Assembly (NCBI GenBank): GCA_964016885.1
Contig: OZ024742.1
Span: 225,060,001 to 225,124,000, forward strand
Direction: 5' to 3'
DNA: 64,000 nucleotides
DNA from: Eledone cirrhosa
Taxonomy: Eukaryota
The notes beneath the pieces are model-generated. The model had not been told where the DNA came from, did no database searches, and saw only the letters and a list, made by a program, of their open reading frames with translations. Positions 1 through 14,237 of the stretch are shown here, one piece after another. The translations under genes were made by a program, and so were the position numbers. Position 1 is the stretch's first letter, and every line of letters begins with the position of its first letter.

Positions 1-61
1 CTCATAGCTTTGTCTCTTAAACTTTCTCATTGATACCCACACACACGCATATATATATTTC

Positions 62-125
<64 letters not shown>

Positions 126-219
126 TATATTATATATATGCACACACGCACACACATATATATATAGAGAATAAGAAAATGTGAAGTAGTTTCAGATGTT
201 AAAGTCCTTTAATGATAAT

Positions 220-294
220 GCTGTGATACATATTTCAATGACGACAGTGGCCACACGATTCCGTGTACCCAGTGCCGTGACATCATCAGACAGC
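220..294 (-). ncRNA. Type I hammerhead ribozyme motif (PLE pLTR-type), extended stem II
   Basis: Minus strand: gctgt CTGATGA tgtcacggcactgggtacacggaatcgtgtggccactgtcgtcatt GAAA tatgta TC acagc; helix I gctgt/acagc, AUC cleavage triplet. Confidence 0.8.
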
Positions 295-466
295 TTCTTA
301 TATAATAAGGTTATGTTCCCGAGGCAATCCAAATTGATCGACAAGGGAGCGGACAAAGCGGGTGCAAAAATACTCCGTCACTCCTATGTGAAAAAAGAAC
401 GTTGAGTGCTTGATTTGAATTGCATCAATATTTACCGTAAGTATATATATATATATATATATATAT

Positions 467-688
467 AAAAGGAAGGATCGACTTTCGTCAAATCGGACCG
501 AGGGAATAATGTTTCCGTTGGTCTTTCCAATTGCTAATACTATCTATCGGTCGCAACTCCAGGTAGAAGGAGCAACGTGAAATAAAGTGTCTTGCTCAAG
601 GACATAACGCATCGCCTGGTCCAGGAATCGAACTCAACACCTTACGATTGCGAATCCAATTCTCTAACCACCCAGCCACATGCCTTCA
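467..688 (-). mobile_element. tRNA-derived SINE head fused to a structured ~95-nt tail ending in (TA)n
   Basis: Minus: tgaaggcatgtggctgggtggttag (A box) ... gttcgattcc (B box) ... gtccttgagcaagacac; near-identical copy at 47213-47433. Confidence 0.8.
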
Positions 689-966
689 CATATATATATA
701 TGAATCAAAATTTAATAAGAATAAGGATAATAAGGATTAAAATTATTGCTGTTTATTTACACATCTACGAACATTTCAATACAGCCAGAAATTATACACC
801 AATAACTCCATATAGGTGCTTTACCTCAGGCCGTATTTTTTTTACTGTATTTTGAATTATAAATGCTCTGCTACTATAACTATCCGCTCCCGAAGAATGA
901 AGGGTAAAAGAGGTGTTTAGCTTAAATCATCTTACCAATGAAAATAGTGAACTAACATACTATAAC

Positions 967-1078
<112 letters not shown>

Positions 1079-1317
1079 CAAAGGGATATTTAATTTGTTG
1101 GTAATTCAACAAATATATTTAAACAGATTCGAAGCACTCGACAGTATTTCTGGAGTATAATATTAATGATATTAATAAATGGAAACTATATTTATAAAAC
1201 CATATTTATTCTATTATATATATTTCAAGGTATGAAAACTTTGGTACGCTCTCAGACTGAACTTGAACCGTTAAGCTCTGATTCCTGAGTATGTCACTAT
1301 TTATAAAACAAACTTTG

Positions 1318-1378
1318 TATTTTATCTGATGAGCGCGTACCAAAGTTTTGGTACCCTTGAAATATATATAATAGAATA
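1318..1378 (+). ncRNA. Type I hammerhead ribozyme motif, family A
   Basis: tattttat CTGATGA gcgc gtaccaaag ttttggtac cctt GAAA tatata TA atagaata; inverted degenerate copy at ~1165-1257. Confidence 0.7.
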
Positions 1379-1960
1379 AATATGGTTTTATAAATATAGT
1401 TTCCATTTATTAATATCATTGATATATATATATATATATATATATATGTGCGTGTGTGTCTGTGTGTGTATATATATATATTTATGTATATGTATTTTTA
1501 CATTCATTTAATTTATTAATTTATTGATATTTTATTTGAGTGACCCGAATCTTCCTGGTCGTTCTTTTTCGGCTGCATGGGTGATTTTAGGCATGTTCTC
1601 TATGTGTTGGTATTTTAACGATAGTTATAGCTCTGATTTATCCAAATTATTGAGCCCTCTGCCACGCATGTCGGATATTGTTTATCGTGATTTCATGGGC
1701 TGATATTCCGATTCTCGATTATTCTACTATATGTATATATATATATATATATATATTTATTTATTTTATTTTGACCTGTTTAGATTGATTTGCTTTTTGG
1801 CTTAGGTGGTTAGTGCTTGCTTGACCACTTTTTCTGTTTGTATGGCATTTTAACATATTGTTTAGCTCTGGTATTTTAACTATGGAGCGCTTGCCAGCAT
1901 AACTCTGATTTTTGCGTTTCGTTTCGCTTTTTCTACTCGCCGAAATGCGATTCTAGCTGA

Positions 1961-2008
<48 letters not shown>

Positions 2009-2783
2009 AAGTATGTGTTCCTACGTGTAAAAAATACATATAGGGATACAAGTATTGTCCAACCGTATTCCAATGTGGTTCTATGGCAGGTTAATAAATT
2101 AACTAGCCAGAACATGTAAAATCAAGGTTTAGAAAATAGAGAAAAAGTTTTAAGATAAATTTTTTAAAGTTCGCTGTACTTATATATGTGCCTTTACCGC
2201 ACGGTTTCAAATCCCAAAATAAACAGATAATCCAAGCGGATTTCCATTGAGAAGGCTTTTCAGAATGCTTTTCTTGCTCGGAGAATATAAAATTCCCGAG
2301 TTCAAATCACAAACAGGCGCCATACAAAACTGTTCCCGAATGAGAATGAATGAGGAAAGAAACAATTTTGCCTAGTGCAAAAGGCAGGGCGGACAGGTCA
2401 ATGTCCTGCTACCAGAAATAGCAGCAGTTCAAACGACCAAAACTTATCTCAACCTTAGGGGAAATTAATAATAAAGTATGTGTTCCTACGTGTAAACAAT
2501 ACATATAGGGATACAAGTATTGTCCAACCATATGCCAATGTCGTTCTATGGCAGGTTAATAAATTAACTAGCCAGAACATATAAAATCAAGGTTTAGCAA
2601 ATAGAGAAAAAAATTTTAAATAAATTTTAAAAAGTTCGCTGTACTTACTATATGTGCCTTTACTGCGCAGTTTCAAATCCCAAAATAAATTTCTTTCCTC
2701 ATTCACTCTCATTCAGGAACAGTTTTGTATGGCGCCAGTTTGTGATTTGAACTCGGGAATTTTATATTCTCCGAGCGAGAAAA

Positions 2784-2867
2784 GCCTTCTGACGAAAGTC
2801 CTTTTCTCAATGGAAATCCGCTTGGATTATCTGTTTATTTTGGGATTTGAAACCGCGCGGTAAAAGC
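2784..2867 (+). ncRNA. Type I hammerhead ribozyme motif, family B (long loop II)
   Basis: gcctt CTGACGA aagtcc[40 nt]gggattt GAAA ccgc gcgg TA aaagc; the inverted copy at ~2189-2270 has aaggc, which restores helix I. Confidence 0.75.
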
Positions 2868-2935
2868 ACATATAGTAAGTACAGCGAACTTTTAAAAATT
2901 TATTTTAAAACTTTTTCTCTATTTGCTAAACCTTG

Positions 2936-3004
<69 letters not shown>

Positions 3005-3160
3005 AAAAAAAGATGAAATCGAAAATGCAACTGGAGTCTTATTTTTTTTTAAATATATATATCTATTTGGTTCCTTTAGCTGTAGAGTGAACCTCTTCAA
3101 ATGAAGTTGATGTTTATTACGGTATGTCGAATATATTTATCTATAAAACTGTTTATATTG

Positions 3161-3226
3161 TATTTTGTCTGATGAAGGCATAGCATATTGTTAATATGAT
3201 ATCCCCGAAATATATATAATGAAATA
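3161..3226 (+). ncRNA. Type I hammerhead ribozyme motif, family A
   Basis: tattttgt CTGATGA aggcatagcatattgttaatatgatatcccc GAAA tatata TA atgaaata, followed by the family A tail to ~3357 and (TA)n. Confidence 0.7.
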
Positions 3227-3375
3227 AATATGGTTTTATAAATATAGTTTTCCATTTATTTAATATTGTAAATATACTCCAAGTATTTGTCGAGTGCTTT
3301 TATATCAGTTATAAATATTTACTAGTTGTAACCCAACAATTTTAAATATAACTTTACATATATATATATATATGT

Positions 3376-3573
<198 letters not shown>

Positions 3574-3724
3574 ACACGGGTGTGTATGATTGTGTATAGA
3601 AGATTATATTAATAAGAGGAATTCCAACTTTGTCTGATTTACTCGTTTTATTTACAATCCTTTAAAATTTATAATGGTATTATAATGAAATAGTATGATA
3701 GAATATTAAATTCTAAGTGTTAAT

Positions 3725-3763
3725 TGAACAAGTACTTTCATGCTTTCGCAATCTTCAGGTTCA
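3725..3763 (-). ncRNA. Minimal type I hammerhead ribozyme in the 3' UTR/pLTR of Penelope-like element 1
   Basis: Minus: tgaac CTGAAGA t tgc gaaa gca t GAAA gtac TT gttca; palindromic 4-nt stem III typical of PLE minimal HHRs. Confidence 0.85.
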
Positions 3764-4059
3764 TAATATGTGGTGACAGTCAAGTTTGCAATTTTAAACT
3801 GTAATGAGATGGGTAAATTTTGTACCTTATATACAGTGAAAAGTGGAATGCTAAATCTTGCAAACTGTATTTCGACCAATCAGTGTGTAGTTTCACTGAA
3901 TTACTAAAGCTGATTGGTTTAAGCGTCACGGCTGGTTGAGCATGTCTAACGACCAATAATTAATCATATCCAAAGCATCAATTGTTTTGCTGTTTTTAGA
4001 AATGATGAAAATAGCATTTTCTAGTAATCATCACCATCAACATCACTTTTATTATTATT

Positions 4060-4125
<66 letters not shown>

Positions 4126-4172
4126 AGTGGTCGTAGTCATAGTCATAGTAGAAGTAATACCCCTAAGCGTTA

Positions 4173-6539
4173 TTATTGTTCATTTAGCTTGGGTTTGAAT
4201 TTATCAATAAAATTCTTTTCTTTGATTTTTCTCTCGATTTCACTTGGGCTGTGTAATTTGTAGAATGGGAATATTATAAATATTCCCTGACCACATGTTG
4301 CTAGATGGTTACTTAGGGGTATCTGACGGACATTTGGGTCTCTGATTTGCTGACGGTGTACCCGTGCACGTTCCGATAGTGCATTTCCAGTTTGACCGAC
4401 ATATAGTTCTTCACAATTCGGGCATTTAATGCAGTAAATTAGATTTCTGCTTTTGCAGTTCATATTTGCATTTGGGAATATTTTTCCAGTTTTTGTTTTC
4501 ATATATTGACCGGCGTGTATGGATTGACATGTGCCGCATCGACTATCATTGCATTTAGATACAGTGAATGATTGGTCTTTGTTGTTAAGGTCAAACTTTG
4601 CTTTTGTTAGTAATTGCTTCAAATTTTTTGGCTGTCTTTTACTAAGAGTCAAAGATCGATCTGTGATTAAGCCTTTTAATTCATTACTTTGAGCAATGAT
4701 CGGTAGATTTGCTTTGGCAGTGTTGAAGATATTCTGGTGACACGGGTTGTGTGTCATTATAAATGGTATGACCAGTTCTTGGTTTCTTCTTCCTTGGGTT
4801 GTCCTAAGTTGTTGTATAGGTATTTTTATAGCCCGCTGTATGCCATTTTCTATAAGTAGAGATGGGTATTTTTGTTTGAGCAAAAATTCTCTTAGTTCTG
4901 TTAGGCGTTTGTACCTGGTATTCGTATCTTCTACAATGGTACAAATTCTTCTGGCTAGGCAGTATGGGATGTTGCGTTTTGTATGAAGTGGATGGCACGA
5001 CTTAAAATTCAGATATTGATGGGTGTCTGTGTGTTTATAATATATATCCGTGGAAATGGTGGTGTCGTTTTGGATTATCATTATATCTAGGAATGGTAAT
5101 TTGGTCCTACTCATCTCTTTTGTGAATTGGAGAGATGGGTGTAGGTTATTCAGGAGGATATTGAACTCATCCAGAGTATCTAAAGATTCTGTCCAGATGA
5201 TGAAACAGTCGTCAAGGTATCTCTACCAAGATTTTTCAATGTACTTTCTAAAGTCAGTACTATATTTTTCCTCTATTTCTTGGTAGAGTTGTTGTTCTAA
5301 GTATCCCATTACAGAGTTCGCGTAAACGGGAGCAAACTTTGTTCCCATCGCTGTGCCTCTAATTTGGATGTAATTCTTTCCATTGAAGAAGAAAGTGTTG
5401 TTTTCCAGAATAAGTTTAACTGCGTCTAATATAAATGGCCCTGTGAATCTGATGGGAATCACTTCTCTATGTTTTTCCACCCAGTATTTAACCGCCTTTA
5501 TTCTTAAATCATGTGTAATGTTGGTGTAAAGGCTTACCACATCAAAACTGAGTAGAAGTGAATTCGTTTCCGTGGTTTTGGGAAGATGGGACAGGAAGTC
5601 GATATCATCCCGGATGAAACTGGGTATGTGAATACATAGTGGTTTCAAAATAATGTCAACAAAATTGCTTAGACGGTGGGTGGGGCATGTTGGACCAGCT
5701 ATAATAGGTCTAAGTTTTAAGTCTTTTGGGTGTAATAATTTAATGTACTCACTGTTTTGTTCTCTTACTGCCAGTTGTATTTCTTTTGACTTATGAACTT
5801 TCGGTAGGCCATACAGGTTGCTGGGTTTCGGCTCAAAATTGGTGATGTAGTCTCTTTCCTTATCAGTAAATGAGTTGTGGTATTTTGAAGCCAGGTTGTT
5901 GATCTTCTTCATGATGTTGTGGTCTATATTTGACGGTATTTCATGATAGAATGTTGTGTGTTTCAGTTGTTCCTCAACCAAATCCTTGTAGTATTCAGTA
6001 TCCATTATAACAACTGCACCCCCTTTATCTGCTTGTTTAATTATTATTGTTTTATCATTTTGTATACGTTTAAGTGCAGACATTTCTGATTTGTTAATGT
6101 TTGGCCTAACATTAGTATTATGTCTAAGAGGAAATTTAGACAGGATGTCAATGTATTGGTCGAGATAGATATTTCTTCCTTTTGGCGGAGTGAAATTTGA
6201 TTTATTCTTTACTAGTGATTCATCACTCTCATTATTTTTATCAGCGAAGAATTCTACAAGACGTAATTTTCGACAGAATTCTTGGGTATCCTCCTTCAGT
6301 TCTTGGTGGTTGGCTGTTGGAGTCGGTGTGAATTTCAGTCCTTTTGACAGAATTTGCATTTCATCATTGTCAAGATCTCTTTTAGATAAATTAATTATTT
6401 TAGGATCTACGTGTACAGTTGTTTTGGGTATGTTTCCTCCTGGAGTTTTTCTTTTTCCGGTTTTTGTTGTCCTGACGTTAAAAAATGAATTCTGTACCTT
6501 TCGCTCATGAAATCCACCCAGTTTATGCTGACCGGACAA
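4173..6539 (-). pseudogene. Penelope-like element (Neptune-type) RT + GIY-YIG ORF with one premature TAG
   Basis: Motifs LSKGLKF, ADKG, YGLPKVHK, RPIIA, FDVVSLYTNI, GTAMG, W*RYLDD, LPFLD, CNDSRCGTC, NLIYCIKC..YVGQTG..R...H; ORFs 5223-6539 and 4173-5114 are in the same frame. Confidence 0.95.
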
Positions 6540-6783
6540 CCATGTTGCTTGTTTTTTTTCCTATCTTTGGTTTGCTTTTATCCTTCTATGTTGTTTACCT
6601 GTCCCCCTCGCTTTACGCGATTTACTGGTCCCAATAACTTTTTTTAGTTATTGCTCGCACCAACCTGAGGTATATGATTTTTAATGCGATGAAATACCAA
6701 TGATGGTTGGAAAATCACTGACGAAGGACTATTTTTATCATATGTAACCCATGTGCAACCACGGAGTATTCTTCTTTCTTCTC

Positions 6784-6853
<70 letters not shown>

Positions 6854-6974
6854 GAAGTTCTATTTAAATTGTTGGGATACAACAAGCCAATATTTTTACA
6901 ACTGATATAAAGCACTCAACAAATTATTGGAGTAAAAATACGATATATTAACAAATGGAAACTGATCTATATTA

Positions 6975-7039
6975 TATTTTATCTGATGAAAGCACACCAT
7001 AATTTAACTTGGTGTCCTTGAAATATGTATAATGAAATA
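6975..7039 (+). ncRNA. Type I hammerhead ribozyme motif, family A
   Basis: tattttat CTGATGA aagcacacca taatttaact tggtgtcctt GAAA tatgta TA atgaaata; 8-bp helix I; preceded by an inverted copy of the family tail (6850-6962). Confidence 0.8.
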
Positions 7040-7115
7040 AATATGGTTTTATAAATATAGTTTCCATTTGTTAATATATCGTATATATATATATATATAG
7101 TTTTAATATAGATGA

Positions 7116-7164
7116 GATTCTACAGGACTAGAACTGTTTCATTCTTTAGAAATCATCAGGAATC
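7116..7164 (-). ncRNA. Type I hammerhead ribozyme motif, family C, within a perfect palindrome
   Basis: Minus: gattc CTGATGA t ttct aa agaa t GAAA cag ttctagtc ctg TA gaatc. Confidence 0.85.
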
Positions 7165-7295
7165 GCTGATGATTTCTAAAGAATGAAACAGTTCTAGTCC
7201 TGTAGAATCTCATCTATATTAAAACTTTTATACTCTGCTATGTATTGAGTACCTTACTTACTGTGGTTACCTCCGATTCAACCCGGAATAACTTA

Positions 7296-8003
<708 letters not shown>

Positions 8004-8140
8004 TTTCGTTTCTGAATTTGTTTAGCAAGATTCTTTATCTGAAATCGTGTGTTGAAAGCAACTGGTGCGTGTGTTTCTTATTGGCAACATGACCCTCCCA
8101 AAGTATAACAATATATATACATACATATATATATATATAT

Positions 8141-8171
<31 letters not shown>

Positions 8172-9240
8172 ACTCTTACCGCCAGTCGTTAGGATGCCAC
8201 TCTAGACGCCTTTGCAAACAGTCGTTGCCATTTGTCTTAAGTCTTCGTCATGTGTAGAAGTGTCTCAGTGTTGTGACCAGCCAAGTTTTTTTTATGTTGT
8301 CAGACCAGGATTTTTATTTCTCTGCATTTTCTTCGTCCGCCCTCGACTGTGCCCTGAAGGAAGGTTTCGGGCAAGGTGCTGGTGCATGTTATATGACCAT
8401 ACAAAGCAACTTCTGTCTTTTCACTGTCACAAAAAGAGGTTCCTGTTTGTCAGCATATTTGTCAACTTGCTGCCTGATAAAACTGTTTGTTTTGTGCTCC
8501 GAGTATGGGATGTGTAGCAACCATCTGAAGTACTTGTTCTTGAACGATTGGATTCTTTGTTCCATGTCCGCTGTGAGAGTCCAAAGGACCGAAGTCACCG
8601 AGGACTTGTATAGCTTGACCTTCGTTGGAAAACTGATTGAATTAATTTTCCATATGACAGTCAGCTTTACCATGGCAGAAATGGCCAGGATGAGTCTTGT
8701 AAGTATCTCCTTTTGAGATCGGCCATCTTTGGTCGGAGTGTATCCTTCAAGTCCACTTCTTCAAGTCTTCCTCAGTTCAGCACGATGCTGGTTGCTGTAT
8801 TATGATTATTACTATTAACCAGAATCCTGCTCTTTTCTGAGCTGATCTCCATTCCATATACTCCTGGTGTTTTTCCCAGTCAGGTAGTGAACTCCTGGAG
8901 TTCTACTTCACTACTTCGTACCAGACTGGAAATGGGCCATCCTTCAATTGAAACTGATGATAACCATTCCCCAAAATTAAACTTAAGACTCTGCCAGAAC
9001 TATAGAACAATCAATCTAATTAGCTACCCCAAACAAAGTACTGCTAAGATTTCTTCTAAACTGACTTAAGGAACAGGTAGAAGAACAGGTAGGATTCAGG
9101 TCCAAAAGAAGTACAACAGAGCAGATATTTAACATCAGACTCACTGAGAAACATCTGCAGCACGAATCTGGCCTCTATAATAACTTCATCGACTTTAAAA
9201 AAGCTTTGGACTATGAGGATGAGGATGGAAGGTGATAAAG
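8172..9240 (-). mobile_element. Degenerate RTE-clade LINE 3' fragment with an inverted 5' segment (~8910-9240 on +)
   Basis: Minus ORF KLTVIWKINSISFPTKVKLYKS..EQRIQSFKNKYFRWLLHIPYSEHKTN; plus segment LCQNYRTINLISYP plus QVGFRSKRSTTEQIF and FIDFKKA read in other frames. Confidence 0.8.
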
Positions 9241-9640
9241 TGTTACAACTTTGATGTCTAGCCCATTCAAGTAACGAAAGCACTATATTACAACTCACTG
9301 CAGATCACTAGCAGATCTTTCAATTATTAGTAGTTCCAATAACAATTCTTCTATACGAAATCATGGTATGGCGATCTATATATAAGTGAAATTAGTTAGG
9401 ATACTTTTTTTGTCTATCTTGTTTATACTCCCAGAATAAGAGATTTTTCTCATTTAACTTTTATATATATATATATATTGTAGACACCTGACGATTATAT
9501 ATATAGATATATATAAATGGCCAGGTGTTTACAATATATATATATATATAAAGGAACGATCGACTTTCGTCAAATCGGACCGAAGAAACCATATTTCCGT
9601 TGGTCTTTCCAATTGCTAATACTATCTATCGGTCGCAACT

Positions 9641-9705
<65 letters not shown>

Positions 9706-9879
9706 ATATATACGCATATATAAGCCGAAAAATATGCGTCAAAAAAGCGATGGAGATAGGGTTGAGGGCGTTAAGGGTATTACGTGGCCATTTGGACAAA
9801 GTTTGATAACCATAAAACCCGAACATTCGTGTCGGTAGGGCATTGGATAAGTGTGGGTACAAACGAAAGAAAAGAGCAA

Positions 9880-9972
9880 TCACTTTGCCTTTCATCCTTA
9901 CGGGTTCAATAAAATAAAGTACCAGTAATGTACTGGGTAATTACTGGCCTTGTGCCAAAAGTAGAGACAATT
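9880..9972 (+). mobile_element. SINE fragment (Nin-domain-like family)
   Basis: ctttgcctttcatccttacgggttcaataaaataaagtaccag core. Confidence 0.75.
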
Positions 9973-10149
9973 ACTTACTTAACACACACACACACCCTCG
10001 TACACATGTACACTTACACACACGTACACACATACACATACACACACAGAAAAAACACACATTTACATACAAACACACATTTACACACACGAATAAACAC
10101 ACTCACACATATACTCGCACAACATCCTTTTGCCATTCATACACGTAAC

Positions 10150-10279
10150 TTTTGGCACAAGGCCAGCAATTATCCCAGTACATTACTGGTACTTTATTTT
10201 ATCGACCCCGTAAGGGTGAAAGGCAAAGGTAACCTCGGCGGGATTTGAACTCAGACCATAAAGGGACGTAACTCTATGC
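10150..10279 (-). mobile_element. SINE copy (Nin-domain-like family)
   Basis: Reverse complement of gagttcaaatcccgccgaggtt..tttgcctttca..ggggtcgataaaataaagtaccag. Confidence 0.85.
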
Positions 10280-10803
10280 TGGAATAATCAGATCAATAAA
10301 ACAAGTGCCAGACTTGAAAAAATACGTACTACTGTCGATGTGAACGATTAGAATTTGTTTATGGTGAAACTCTATCCAGTGATAGAAGCAATAAAAGTGT
10401 ATAATACACATACGTACATATAATCTTATCTAACATTTATTTATGCACTCACCACGACGGCACCCATCTACACAGTGTCATAATTCAGACATACAGACTC
10501 ATGCAAATACACATATAACACATACATACATACATACATACATACATACAGATAGACGGACATACGGACATACATACATACATTCCAAAAATACTGCATC
10601 TAATAACTGCATGTACACCTGTACAGATACAAAGCATATGCACTTGCACACATACAACTAAAAACATACACATCCACACATAAAATAACATCCATATCTT
10701 GCACACACATAGATGCATGCATACATATCTACCTAGTTGATGTTGTGTAAATTCCAATGAGAGAGTCTTGTATCTATGTTAGAAACCAAGTCTTTCTCTC
10801 TTT

Positions 10804-10879
<76 letters not shown>

Positions 10880-11142
10880 TATATATATATATATATTATC
10901 ATTATTATTATTTCTGGCAATATTATAACAATTTGACCCTCCCCAAATATATATATATTTAATGTTGGAGATGCAGGATATGGCAGCGATAATGAGGGAC
11001 AGAGACCGCTGGAGAGAACTCGTCCATGGATCTCGGGAATTTTACCCGCCTTAGATAGATAGATAGATACATTAAATATTTAGCTCTGTAACTTACATAG
11101 AGCACTCTTCATTCCTCTGACTTTTTCAACGGAAACTTCAAC

Positions 11143-11248
<106 letters not shown>

Positions 11249-11283
11249 TGGAAAATGTGTAATCCTTGGTATAGTTAGGTATA

Positions 11284-11613
11284 TTAAGACAGGGGGGAAG
11301 AAAAAATGGCTTCACTTGTGCTTTCAACAAATTTATTTTCTTCACAAAATCAAAAAAGAATTTTTCTTAAAAAAAATTATTTTAGAAATTAAGTTGTTGG
11401 TTGTTGGTTAGGTCTTAGGAGTTCTTGGTTAATGTAGGAGGTATTGTTTCGTTTTTAGAAAGACCTTTCACGCTGAGGTGCGCTTGTCAAACTGATGTGT
11501 ATGTAGTGTGTTGTTCTATATATAGGGATTTAACATGTCTGTGGTGTGATGTGGGTTTCTTTTCTCCCCCTTTAATAAGTGCATGGGTGTAGGTGTGTTG
11601 AAAAAGTGTTCAT
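11284..11613 (-). repeat. Inverted 5' pseudo-LTR of Penelope-like element 2
   Basis: Near-perfect reverse complement of 14907-15227. Confidence 0.9.
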
Positions 11614-11651
11614 GTTAGTGTAACATCCCACACGACCTAGGGATTGAAGCT

Positions 11652-12974
11652 GTGGACTTCTGGATTACAAAACACTCAAGTCACATTTCAGAAAGATTCC
11701 CCAAAGAATTCATCTTGGAAGGACTTAAATTAGTATTGGAAAACAACCACTTCCTCTTTGACAACGAACTTTATCTACAAATAAAAGGAACAGCCATGGG
11801 TACCAAAGTGGCCCCTACATATGCAACGCTCGTTATCGGTCACTTAGAGGCAAAATTATATTCCCAACTACAGATAACATTCAGTCACGACTTCGCCTTC
11901 TACATTAATAAAAACTGGAAACGTTACCTAGATGACTGCTTCATCTTCTGGAACAGAAGCCAAACAGACCTACAAAAATGTTATTCGATCCTAAACAGGC
12001 TTCATGAAGCTATACAATTCACTATGGAATGTAACGAAAAGGAACTGCCCTTTCTAGATATCCTCATCATCAAAGAAGGGGAAAATATTATAACGGACCT
12101 ATTTTGCAAACCCACTGACACACACCAATACTTAAATTTCCGGTCAGCACACCCCTCACATACGAAAAGGAACATTCCCTTCAACATGGCAAGGCGCATC
12201 TGCACTATAGCAACACACCCCGTACTACAAGAAAAAAGATTATGTGACCTGAAAAAATTCCTTAAAAAACAAGAATACCCGATGAAACTCATCAACGCAG
12301 CCATCTCCAAGGCTAAGAACATCCCAATAACAACACTGAGAAAACCAAACCCACAACATAAAAAAGAAAACCCTGCTATCTCTTTTGTCATCACTCACAA
12401 CCCAGGGAACATCAACATTGTGAAAACTGCTAAGCAGTATCTCCCGATTCTACAGCAATCTACCAAAATGAATGCACTCTTAAAAAACACACAGATAATT
12501 TATAGCAGACGCCAAGCACCCAACCTTAAAAAACTAATTACCAAGGCAAAATTTACGACCAACATGGAATCAATGCAAGTGACGAAATGCGGGGATCCTA
12601 GATGTGGAACCTGTGAACTCATCGAAGAGGGCAAACAGTTGTCCTTCAAAAACCATGATAATTTCAAGGTCAATGCTAACATGAACTGCAAAACGAAAAA
12701 CCTAATATATTGCGCAACATGTCCACAGTGTAAAGAGTATTACATTGGGGAAACCGGAACGGGATTACATGATAGAGTCCGGGTACATAAACAACAGATT
12801 AAAGACCCCACAGTCAGAAATACCACATGTAGCGCACACTTTGCATCATGCGGGAAGGGAAAATTCACAATCTTCCCTTTCTTCAAGATATGGTCGGATA
12901 ACGAACATTTCCGCAGATATAAAGAAGAATTCTTCATTGAAAAATTTAAACCACTACTGAACACGAAAAAATGA
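11652..12974 (+). CDS. 5'-truncated Penelope-like element (Neptune-type) RT C-terminal half + GIY-YIG endonuclease
   Basis: [31 protein letters not shown] linker, [15 protein letters not shown]...H; homologous to but diverged from element 1; homology begins at ~11619 ([11 protein letters not shown]). Confidence 0.93.
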   Translation: MDFWITKHSSHISERFPKEFILEGLKLVLENNHFLFDNELYLQIKGTAMGTKVAPTYATLVIGHLEAKLYSQLQITFSHDFAFYINKNWKRYLDDCFIFWNRSQTDLQKCYSILNRLHEAIQFTMECNEKELPFLDILIIKEGENIITDLFCKPTDTHQYLNFRSAHPSHTKRNIPFNMARRICTIATHPVLQEKRLCDLKKFLKKQEYPMKLINAAISKAKNIPITTLRKPNPQHKKENPAISFVITHNPGNINIVKTAKQYLPILQQSTKMNALLKNTQIIYSRRQAPNLKKLITKAKFTTNMESMQVTKCGDPRCGTCELIEEGKQLSFKNHDNFKVNANMNCKTKNLIYCATCPQCKEYYIGETGTGLHDRVRVHKQQIKDPTVRNTTCSAHFASCGKGKFTIFPFFKIWSDNEHFRRYKEEFFIEKFKPLLNTKK

Positions 12975-13059
12975 ATTAACACTCGGGGGTAAAATTCCAT
13001 TTCACTATCCCCCCCCCCCCCCTTCTTAGTATACACATGAATATCTGAGTAAACGGTGA

Positions 13060-13140
13060 GACACACACACATATATGTGTGTAGGGATGTATGGATGTAT
13101 GTACGTGTGGGTATATATGTATGTGGGTGTGTGTATGTGT

Positions 13141-13187
<47 letters not shown>

Positions 13188-13207
13188 TGGATGTGTGTAT
13201 GTTTGTA

Positions 13208-13256
<49 letters not shown>

Positions 13257-13327
13257 GTATGTGTGTATGTGTGTATATATGTGTATATGTACATGTATGT
13301 ATGTGTATGTTTGTATATATATGTGTG

Positions 13328-13410
<83 letters not shown>

Positions 13411-13731
13411 ATAGATATGTATGTTTATGTGTGTGTGTATGTATGTGTATGTACCTATATATATGTGTGTGTGTGTGTATGTATGTGCATATATGTATAT
13501 ATGTGTGTACATATGTGTATGTTTCTGTTTGTGTATATGTATGTATGTAGATGTATGTGTATATATATGTATATATATGTATATGTATGTGTATGTGTAT
13601 ATGTGTCTTTATGTGCTCGTGTGTACGCACATGTATATATATGTATATATGTATGTGTGTATATATGTGTATGTGTGTATGTGTGTATATATATGTATAT
13701 ATATATGTATATATATATGTATGTATATATG

Positions 13732-13795
<64 letters not shown>

Positions 13796-14009
13796 CATGT
13801 ATGTGTATGTATGTATATGTGTATGTATGTACTTGTATGTGTATGTGTATGTGTATGTATGTGTATATATATATATATATATATATTTGTGTATATGTAT
13901 GTGTGTATATGTATGTATGTGGATATATATGTATGTGTATATGTATGTGTATATGTGTGTATGTGTCTGTATGTGTTTATGTGTACATATATGTATATGT
14001 ATGTGTATG

Positions 14010-14082
<73 letters not shown>

Positions 14083-14206
14083 ATATATATATATATATGT
14101 ATATATGTATATGTGTGTGTGTGTGTGTGTGTATGCCTCTCTCTTTATATGTGTATATATATATAGATGTATGTGTGTATGTGTGTGTGTGTGTGTATAC
14201 ACGTGC

Positions 14207-14237
<31 letters not shown>

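Noticed and set aside
620-688. tRNA gene
   Set aside because: A and B boxes continue into a SINE body and recur elsewhere; no proper acceptor stem.
5223-5225. Programmed readthrough or recoding of the PLE stop
   Set aside because: The paralog has Lys (WKRYLDD) here, so a simple AAG-to-TAG mutation suffices.
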